A stretch of DNA of 64,000 nt from Bryobacterales bacterium (GTDB lineage Bacteria > Acidobacteriota > Terriglobia > Bryobacterales > Bryobacteraceae). The DNA is taken from assembly GCA_963696305.1 (NCBI GenBank), contig CAVOJX010000015.1, forward strand, positions 44,505 through 108,504, written 5' to 3'. Position 1 is the stretch's first letter. Each line of letters begins with the position of its first letter. Positions 56,462 to 64,000 of this stretch are shown here, one piece after another. The notes under the pieces are model-generated. The model saw only the letters and a list, made by a program, of their open reading frames with translations, had not been told where the DNA came from and searched no databases. The position numbers were made by a program, and so were the translations under genes.

Positions 56462-56753
56462 CCAAGCTCCTTGTTAGCCCAACCGCCTACAATCTACTAC
56501 CTCAGTCGATTCGTCGTGTTCCCGCCGGAGCGAGCATCGCCAACAGCCTGCGCCTACCGTGTGCGATTCCATCAATTCATTTTGCGTACAATCGGTGGCT
56601 CTTTGATACTCCAACGTAACCGGCACATAGGCCACTGGCACCATCGGTTCCCGTATCTCTCGACACCGTGCGTCTCCACTCCGGGGCCACATTCATGACT
56701 CACCTACGCGCCGAAAGCATTTCATCCTTCGCTGCGGTAGGGAAGACCATTTC

Positions 56754-59495
56754 CTATTCGCTCCGAAGCGCCGCCAGTGGATCAATTCGCGATGCACGCC
56801 TGGCCGGCGCATAGCCAGCTAGCATTGCGGCGCTCAGCAGGATCCCACCCGCCACCACCAACGTTCCCGGATCATTGGGCTGCGTCTCAAACAGAAACGA
56901 TTTAACCAGCCGCGACCCGATCAACGCGGCTGGCACGCTGATCGCAAGTCCCACCGCTACCAGTATTAAAACGCGTCGCAAAACCATCCAAACCACGGCA
57001 CCGCGTCGCGCGCCCACAGCCATCCGGATTCCAATTTCGCCCACCTGCCGCGCAACGCTATAAGACATTGTTCCGTATAGCCCCACGCACGCAGTCAACA
57101 GCGCCAGAATCGCAAAACCGGTGCAAAGTTTCGCGAACGTGAGTTCCCGGCTGATCGTCCGATCAATCTCCGCAGCCTGTGTCACCAAGTTTGTAACAGG
57201 TATGCGGGAATCTGCCTCCCGCACAATCTCGCGCACGCTCTGCGCCAATCTCAGCGGATCACCCGTAGTGCGAAGCGCGTAAGTAACTCGGTCCGAAGGA
57301 TACTGGCTAACCGCTACCAATACGGTCATGGCGCTCTCCTCTTCATTTTTCAAACCGCCGTACCGCACGTTGGCCGACACACCGACAATTTGCAGATCGC
57401 GCTTCTCATCCGGAAGCGTGATGCGCTGGCCCACCGGATTCTCGTGCTCGAAATAAGTCCGCGCTAGTCGCTCGCTGATCACGGCAACCGGCATGGAGCC
57501 CGCTTGGTCGCGCTCGTCAATCTCACGCCCGGCCAGAATCGGAATCTGCATTGTCGTCAGAAATCGTGGTCCCGCAGCCATAACGCGCGCGCCTTGGATG
57601 GTAACCGCACCAATCTTCATCGGCCCCTTGATAGCCTGCCCGGTGTGGGCGGCGTTTATGATTGACGATTGTGAAAGCGTCGCGTTACTGACTCCAGGAA
57701 TCAATTCGAAGCGTTTGCGCAAGCCCGCGTAAAAATTGATCATCTCCGGCTCGCGATGCCCGGCTTGGCGCGCATTCAAAGAAAACAGAAGGATGTTCTC
57801 GCGAGCATACCCCAGTTGGACCGAGTGCAGGTTGTTGAGTGTCCGCACAAACAGACCCGCGCTGAACAGGATGACAAAAGAGATCGCGATTTGGGCAACC
57901 ACCAAAACGTGCTGCGCTCGGCGTCGTGGTCCACCTCCACGGCCGTTTTTCAAGGCGGGCAAAACGTCCGGCCTCGTCGATTGGATCGCCGGAACAAGCC
58001 CAAATAACAGCCCGCAAAGCATTGAGAGCACCGCCGTCACCACCAGCACTTTCCAGTTCAATTCCGCGTGCAGCGTAAAGTTCTCCTTCCCATTGGAAAG
58101 CAGAAACGTCAACCATCGCACGCCCCAAATCGCAAACAGAACCCCCAATGCTCCGCCCAGCGACGCCAGCATCACACTCTCGGTAAGCAACTGCCGCACT
58201 AGCCGGAATCGTCCCGCTCCCAAACTCAGCCGAACTGCCATTTCGCGGCGTCGCGCGGCGGCCCTTGCCAGCAATAGGTTGGCAATGTTCGCACACGCAA
58301 TCGCCAGAATCAATCCCACCATCGCCAACAGCAAGTACAAAGGCTTGGAGTACTGGCGGCGCAAACTACCTAGACCAGCGGCCCCAGGATTCAAAGTCAG
58401 AGCAGGTAATTTCGCGCGCTCACCGTCCGTCGTCGCGGTGGCGGCAACCCACTGATGAAAACGAGGAGCCAGTGCCGCCTGCGCTTGAGCCATGCTTACA
58501 CCCGGACGCAGCCGACCCATCATTTCAATCCAGTAAAAGTTTCCGTCCGGATACATTTTAGCCGCGCGTGCGCCTTGCACCAGCACATTCGAATGCAACG
58601 GAAGGTAAAGATCCGGTGCTGCGGCAGGGTCCACACCAAAGAATTCCGGAGGCGCAACGCCAATCACCGTGAAAGGAATGTTGTCTACTAGTATCAACTG
58701 TCCAATCGCATTCTGCGGCCCCCCAAAGCGCTGCTGGCTGGTCGCAGAGCTGATGACTGCAGTCGGTGCTGCACCGGGACTGTCATCTTCGGAGTCAATC
58801 AGACGTCCCGCGGCCGCTGGCACTCCCAGTCCGCGAAAATACCCGCCGCTAACGTATTCCGTGCTCGCGCTCGTGGCCTGCCCTCGGATGGACAGGGTGC
58901 TGGTCAGTCCGTTGAAGTATCCGAAAAGCGTTGAAAAAGCCGGATTCTCTTCCCGAAGCGTCTCAAACGCGCCGTACGGAAACATCCCGCTCACCATGCT
59001 GCCTTTGGCGCCCGGCCACGCAATCCCTTGCACACCGTGCATAACGTGAACCCATTCCTTGCTCGCGTTATACGGCGGCGGGCTATGCCAATTTAAGACC
59101 ACCAGCGACTCGGGATTAGCCACGGGAAGCGATCGCAACAGAATCGATTCCATGAAGCTGTAGATCGTAGTGTTTGCTCCGATGCCCAGTGCCAGCGACA
59201 AGACCGCCAGTGCGCTGAACACCTTGTTGGCGATCATCGTGCGAATGCCATAGCGGACATCCTGCCCAAGTTCCGACCAAAACCGTGTCATCCAAATCTC
59301 CCGTGACTCTTCCTGCTTCAGCCCGACATTGCCAAATCGCCGCCGTGCTTCCACTCGCGCGTCCTGCGCCGTCATGCCCTCCGCGTGCAGTTCCGCAGCC
59401 TTTTCTGCAAGGTGGAGTTCCATTTCCTCACGCAACGCCTCGCTGCGCCTCGTGCTTTGTATCCAATACCTCAGTCTTCGCCACACGCCCGTCAC
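56754..59495 (-). CDS. ADOP-family duplicated FtsX-like ABC permease (paralogue)
   Basis: 913 aa, same architecture and terminal motifs (DPLAALRSE). 4-nt overlap with its padR. Confidence 0.9.
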   Translation of the reverse strand: MTGVWRRLRYWIQSTRRSEALREEMELHLAEKAAELHAEGMTAQDARVEARRRFGNVGLKQEESREIWMTRFWSELGQDVRYGIRTMIANKVFSALAVLSLALGIGANTTIYSFMESILLRSLPVANPESLVVLNWHSPPPYNASKEWVHVMHGVQGIAWPGAKGSMVSGMFPYGAFETLREENPAFSTLFGYFNGLTSTLSIRGQATSASTEYVSGGYFRGLGVPAAAGRLIDSEDDSPGAAPTAVISSATSQQRFGGPQNAIGQLILVDNIPFTVIGVAPPEFFGVDPAAAPDLYLPLHSNVLVQGARAAKMYPDGNFYWIEMMGRLRPGVSMAQAQAALAPRFHQWVAATATTDGERAKLPALTLNPGAAGLGSLRRQYSKPLYLLLAMVGLILAIACANIANLLLARAAARRREMAVRLSLGAGRFRLVRQLLTESVMLASLGGALGVLFAIWGVRWLTFLLSNGKENFTLHAELNWKVLVVTAVLSMLCGLLFGLVPAIQSTRPDVLPALKNGRGGGPRRRAQHVLVVAQIAISFVILFSAGLFVRTLNNLHSVQLGYARENILLFSLNARQAGHREPEMINFYAGLRKRFELIPGVSNATLSQSSIINAAHTGQAIKGPMKIGAVTIQGARVMAAGPRFLTTMQIPILAGREIDERDQAGSMPVAVISERLARTYFEHENPVGQRITLPDEKRDLQIVGVSANVRYGGLKNEEESAMTVLVAVSQYPSDRVTYALRTTGDPLRLAQSVREIVREADSRIPVTNLVTQAAEIDRTISRELTFAKLCTGFAILALLTACVGLYGTMSYSVARQVGEIGIRMAVGARRGAVVWMVLRRVLILVAVGLAISVPAALIGSRLVKSFLFETQPNDPGTLVVAGGILLSAAMLAGYAPARRASRIDPLAALRSE

Positions 59496-59830
59496 TCCGC
59501 TCCCATCACGCGCGCGATCGCCAACGTAAGTTTGGCGTATTGGCGGGTCTCAACGGCCAGTTGTTTCCGGCCCGCCGCGGTAATCTTGTAGATCCTCGCC
59601 CGTCGATTATTCGCGGTGACGCCCCAGGCACCGTCTATCCAGCCGTGTAACTCCAGCCGCTGCAGAGCGGGGTAAAGCGAACCTTCCTCTACCAGCAACT
59701 CATTGTCGGACGATTGTTGAATGAACTGGACGATGCCGTATCCATGCAGGTCGCGCAACGACAGCGTTCGCAGAATCAACATGTCCAGTGAACCAGGCAG
59801 CGAATCGTTTTTCTGCGCCTTACGTCCCAT
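59492..59830 (-). CDS. PadR-family transcriptional regulator (paralogue)
   Basis: LDMLILRTLSLRDLHGYGIVQFI...EGSLYPALQRLELHGWI...IYKITAAG. Confidence 0.9.
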   Translation of the reverse strand: MGRKAQKNDSLPGSLDMLILRTLSLRDLHGYGIVQFIQQSSDNELLVEEGSLYPALQRLELHGWIDGAWGVTANNRRARIYKITAAGRKQLAVETRQYAKLTLAIARVMGAE

Positions 59831-59833
59831 ACC

Positions 59834-59873
59834 AAGAATTCTTAGCTTACAGCTTTGAGAACCCGCAAGTCAA
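59834..59873 (-). promoter_or_regulatory. Promoter-like elements plus 10-bp palindrome upstream of the second padR
   Basis: Minus strand: TTGACT (59873-68), 18 nt, TAAGCT (59849-44), then palindrome AAGAATTCTT (59843-34), 3 nt before the ATG. Confidence 0.35.
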
Positions 59874-60060
59874 GATCAGAATCGCTGCCGGTGCCAGGAA
59901 CCCAACGACGCGGTTTGCCTCAATTTGTAGAAGTTAACTAACGCCCGCCATCAGAAATGCTGCTAGGCCGTCGCCCTCGCATTCAGCTCAGGTGTTTGCG
60001 CCTAAAGGCAAGTCACCGCGGATTCCAGTCGCAAAGCTAAGGCCTCGGTGCAAATATCTT

Positions 60061-60324
60061 TCACATCGTATAACCGGTCTCCCTAAGCGCCATTCTCGTC
60101 GCGGACGTCAAACCCAGTCGGACATACGCGGCCCGATGATTCGCAAGGAACCCACGCCAGGGCTCGCTCGACCATTGCATCGGAGTACGCGCAGATAGCC
60201 GCTCCGGTAACCGCAGATCGTCGCCCATACAAATCTCATCAGCGTAGCGACTTACCTGCGTTACCGGCAGCGTCGTCAGATGTCGCCGATTTTCACGCCC
60301 GCTTCCACTCGCCGCTCCAAACAA
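60061..60324 (-). pseudogene. Relic of a GH13 alpha-amylase-family (trehalose-synthase-like) gene
   Basis: The 87-aa ORF contains LTTLPVTQVSRYADEICMGDDLRLPERLSARTPMQWSSEP. This matches the conserved GH13 region (TLPGTP..YGDEIGMGD...R..RTPMQWS) of enzymes more than 500 aa long. The flanks are not coding. Confidence 0.55.
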
Positions 60325-60370
60325 CTATCGTGCCGGTGCGTTTTGCGGCCTCCTCAGATCGGAGATCCTT

Positions 60371-60832
60371 TTATTTCACGCTGTTGTAATCTTTATCGCT
60401 GACAGGATCTAACCAAACAGTCTTTCCCTTTTGGGTCGGTGTAACCGCTATATACGCAAATCCGCTTCCCGGTGATGCGGCGTGCCAGTGCTCAACGCCC
60501 GGAAGGCACTTGATTACATCCCCTTTTTGAACGATTCGCACCGGCTTTCCCCGCTCCTGATAATATCCGGTGCCTTCGGTGACAAGCAGCACTTGACCAC
60601 CCGGATGAATATGCCAATCCAGCTTTGCACCAGCATCATAGGTAGCTATAGCAATACTGGGATCGAACGTACTATCTCCTACGTTCAACTCTTTCAGCCA
60701 AATATTCCCCGTGTGATTCTTAACCGTGGATAACTCACCTCTCGGGAAAACCGAATCCGCTGTTTGTGCATCTGACCTTACGCTAAATAAAAGAATCACA
60801 GCGCAAGCAGCAATTGAAGCTTTTGTTCTCAT
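60371..60832 (-). CDS. Secreted cupin-domain protein
   Basis: Signal peptide. Cupin motifs LDWHIHPGGQVLLVTEG and PGVEHWH. Confidence 0.75.
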   Translation of the reverse strand: MRTKASIAACAVILLFSVRSDAQTADSVFPRGELSTVKNHTGNIWLKELNVGDSTFDPSIAIATYDAGAKLDWHIHPGGQVLLVTEGTGYYQERGKPVRIVQKGDVIKCLPGVEHWHAASPGSGFAYIAVTPTQKGKTVWLDPVSDKDYNSVK

Positions 60833-60857
60833 GTTTTTCTTCTCCTTCGGTATTTTC

Positions 60858-61766
60858 TTAGTTGTTACGTACTGCTATGTTCGGCTTCGTCAGTCCGCGC
60901 GCTTCCAGCCACCAGTAGAACTCTTCTATCCAGTGATCACTGGTCGTGCCTTGCTTCCGCATGCTCCAGCCATGGCCGCCATGCTCATAGATATGAAATT
61001 CGGGCTTGTATCCGGCTACCTTCATCGCGTCGCAAAAAGCAACGATTTGCGGCCCCGCAAGATTGTCATCCTGAGCCATCTCCATAAATACGGGCGGTAC
61101 GCCTTTGGGGATCGCAGGTACGTCGGGGAAAGGAGCACCATAAATTGGAGCGGCGAAATTGGGCCGCGCGCTCGCATCAGGATTCACGGCAGTGTATTCC
61201 GCAATCATGCCGCCTGCCGAAAAGCCCATGAATCCAACCCGATCTGGAAAGATCCCCCACTCGGCCGCATGCTCGCGTACTACCTTGATAGCTTGAATCC
61301 CATCGGCGATACCATACTTTCCGTCTTCGGCGATCAAGGCATGGTTGCCAAGTTGTGCCCCAAAGCGCGCGCCGCCCGATTGGCCTAATTGCGCATCCGT
61401 TTCGCCTTCCAGATGCGCCGTCCGATATTTCAAAACGAATCCCGCAATGCCCCTCGCAGCCAGCCACTCCGCGACTTCATGTGTATCTGTACCTAGGAAG
61501 ACAAATCCTCCGCCTGGAGCGATAATGACGGCGGTGCCTGTCGCCTTAGCCGGATCCGGCAGATAAGCCGTCAGAGTCGGCGTCGTCACATTCACAATCG
61601 ATTGCATCGGTCCGGCACTGATCGTCGCCTCCTTCTGCTTCCATTGCTCCGATCCCGGAGCGACACCCGGCCAAATATTGATGACGGTCTGAGCGCTTAT
61701 TGAACCGGCCAAGATCGCCGTTACCAACGCAACTCCGATAAAAGACTTTCGACATACGCCGTACAT
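60858..61766 (-). CDS. Secreted alpha/beta hydrolase
   Basis: ATG 61766 gives the signal peptide MYGVCRKSFIGVALVTAILAGSISAQ. The longer ORF-track start overlaps the upstream gene. APGGGF oxyanion, GFSAGG nucleophile elbow, C-terminal GGHGW. Confidence 0.8.
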   Translation of the reverse strand: MYGVCRKSFIGVALVTAILAGSISAQTVINIWPGVAPGSEQWKQKEATISAGPMQSIVNVTTPTLTAYLPDPAKATGTAVIIAPGGGFVFLGTDTHEVAEWLAARGIAGFVLKYRTAHLEGETDAQLGQSGGARFGAQLGNHALIAEDGKYGIADGIQAIKVVREHAAEWGIFPDRVGFMGFSAGGMIAEYTAVNPDASARPNFAAPIYGAPFPDVPAIPKGVPPVFMEMAQDDNLAGPQIVAFCDAMKVAGYKPEFHIYEHGGHGWSMRKQGTTSDHWIEEFYWWLEARGLTKPNIAVRNN

Positions 61767-61779
61767 AGTTTCTCCTGCG

Positions 61780-62676
61780 CTAAGTGCTACTGCTTGAACC
61801 TTGCGTGTCTGTGAATACATGTTTTCTCCAAAACTCAATCGCCCACCCTACCCAGCCATACGCATCCGTCCCTTCGCCCACCCCGAAGCCATGGCCGGCA
61901 TTCTTGTATCTGCGGTATTCCACTTCTACTCCCGCCTCGCGCAAGTTCCGAACCCGCGCGTCAACCGTTGCCGCATTGGCTATCGGATCGTCCGCACTTG
62001 CCGTGATGAATGCAGGTGGGAAATCACCTGAATAACTCCTCTGTCCCGTATAGGCGATAACTACAATGGCCGGTTTCGGAAGATCGCCGCGAAGAACAAT
62101 ATTGCCCACCATCCGTGCGCCGGCGGATCCTCCCCACAACGAATAATCTTGCCTGTCAACGCCAAGCGTATCCGCATTCTTCTTCACGTAACGGATAGCC
62201 GCCGCCAGATCTTCCGTGGCTTTTTGTTCGCCGACTCGATACCGGATCACGAAAGCATTCAATCCCTTTTGACTAATCTCCCGCGCAATCGGAAAGCCTT
62301 CCTGCAGCGAACCGACATACGAAAAGCCCCCGCCCGGACAAACAATCGCGAATGGTGCTGCTGGCTCTCCACGGTAGAAAAAGAGACCGGTGTATTTCTT
62401 GGCTATGTCGTCCTGCTTTTGCCGGTCGCTATAAAAGTCGTAGAAGACCGTGAGCCCAGCGCTCACTTCGTCAATGAGTCCGTTCAGCGAATCCACCACC
62501 ACATCGGCGCTTACATGACTGTGGTATGGCATCAGCAAGCCAACCTTATCCAGTCGCGTATCGAAATACTTGCGGTTATCCTCCCACGGCAAAATCAGTT
62601 CCCCGAAGCCTCTGAATGCAGGGTGATTGACAACGTCCCGGACGAAATGATCGGGGGTTAAATACTTGGCCGACAC
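61780..62676 (-). CDS. Alpha/beta hydrolase (esterase)
   Basis: CPGGGF oxyanion, GGSAGA elbow, SADDP and AGHGFG catalytic regions. The GTG start directly follows the AKR stop. Confidence 0.8.
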   Translation of the reverse strand: MSAKYLTPDHFVRDVVNHPAFRGFGELILPWEDNRKYFDTRLDKVGLLMPYHSHVSADVVVDSLNGLIDEVSAGLTVFYDFYSDRQKQDDIAKKYTGLFFYRGEPAAPFAIVCPGGGFSYVGSLQEGFPIAREISQKGLNAFVIRYRVGEQKATEDLAAAIRYVKKNADTLGVDRQDYSLWGGSAGARMVGNIVLRGDLPKPAIVVIAYTGQRSYSGDFPPAFITASADDPIANAATVDARVRNLREAGVEVEYRRYKNAGHGFGVGEGTDAYGWVGWAIEFWRKHVFTDTQGSSSST

Positions 62677-63675
<999 letters not shown>

Positions 63676-63692
63676 CTAGTCTTCCTGTTGTT

Positions 63693-64000
63693 TCAAACTT
63701 TCTTCGTGGGCGCTTCCACCCCCGAGAGCCCTAAGACCCCTGCAGGCAATCGTGCGCCATGAACGGGCGTGCGGGCAAGCCCGGCATTCAACTCGCTAAC
63801 TTCCTCAGGCGTGAAATGGACCCCATCTGCGCCCACATTGTCGTTCATATGCGCCATCTTGGTCGTTCCCGGAATAACAACAATCCAAGGCTTTTGAGCC
63901 ATCAGCCAAGCCAGAGCAATCTGCGCAGGTGTTGCTCCCTTACGATGCGCCCATTCCTTCACCAGCGCAACAATTGCCAGATTGCCCGCGCGGTTCTCCG
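63693..64000 (-). CDS. Aldo/keto reductase paralogue, 5'-truncated by the window edge
   Basis: The frame stays open to nt 64000 (..[54 protein letters not shown]), closely parallel to the C-terminus of the adjacent AKR. Confidence 0.85.
   Translation of the reverse strand, partial: ENRAGNLAIVALVKEWAHRKGATPAQIALAWLMAQKPWIVVIPGTTKMAHMNDNVGADGVHFTPEEVSELNAGLARTPVHGARLPAGVLGLSGVEAPTKKV

Noticed and set aside
56462-56753. 292-nt spacer between the two convergent ADOP genes as a possible ncRNA or terminator
   Set aside because: I could find no stable hairpin with a U-tract and no conserved motif by eye. The two overlapping 72-75-aa ORFs look random.

Overview
This 64-kb chromosomal window looks acidobacterial. 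The basis is two PadR + ADOP-type duplicated FtsX-permease modules, a ~1100-aa CarboxypepD_reg/TonB-type outer-membrane receptor, and moderately high GC; this is inference only, since no search was possible. No rRNA, tRNA, CRISPR array, transposase or integrase was seen.

Layout:
(1) 1-13.1 kb is a tightly coupled [NiFe]-hydrogenase island: hypA-hypB, a GAF-GAF histidine kinase, a NarL-type regulator, Tat-less small and large subunits, the maturation protease, four uncharacterised coupled ORFs, a NifU-Rieske (HucE-like) protein, an NHL propeller, then hypC-hypD-hypE. It resembles cyanobacterial/Huc-type group 2a uptake hydrogenases. The embedded two-component system and the chain of unknown ORFs are the least explained parts.
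(2) 13-25 kb holds housekeeping and accessory metabolism: SMP-30 lactonase, serine acetyltransferase, a class-V aminotransferase, the ATP-grasp/alpha-E/transglutaminase triad, cytochrome c, an oxidoreductase, a TIM-barrel isomerase and a GH78 rhamnosidase.
(3) 25-31 kb is a minus-strand operon: TonB-type receptor, AhpD-like protein, MFS transporter, small disordered protein. The AhpD-like gene is interrupted only by an in-frame TGA at the second Cys of its CxxC motif, with a SECIS-like hairpin 11 nt downstream. This is a probable unannotated selenoprotein.
(4) 31-36 kb encodes the ligase-associated DNA-damage exonuclease plus an ATP-dependent ligase, translationally coupled to a membrane acyltransferase.
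(5) rpmE follows, preceded by an attenuator-like three-hairpin leader.
(6) 36.7-43.5 kb carries a second NarL-type two-component system, an M61 peptidase, a NIPSNAP protein and an esterase.
(7) 43.6-53.3 kb looks more AT-rich by eye and is dominated by hypothetical and secreted proteins: an orphan radical-SAM enzyme, a BON lipoprotein, a leaderless LysM protein, DUF1223, a WG-repeat protein and small coupled ORFs.
(8) 53.3-59.8 kb has two convergent PadR-ADOP modules, each with a palindrome over its predicted transcription start.
(9) 59.9-64 kb has a GH13 gene relic, a cupin, two alpha/beta hydrolases and two tandem aldo/keto reductases.

All functional calls rest on motifs I recognise by eye. 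No database search, structure prediction or folding-energy calculation was run.
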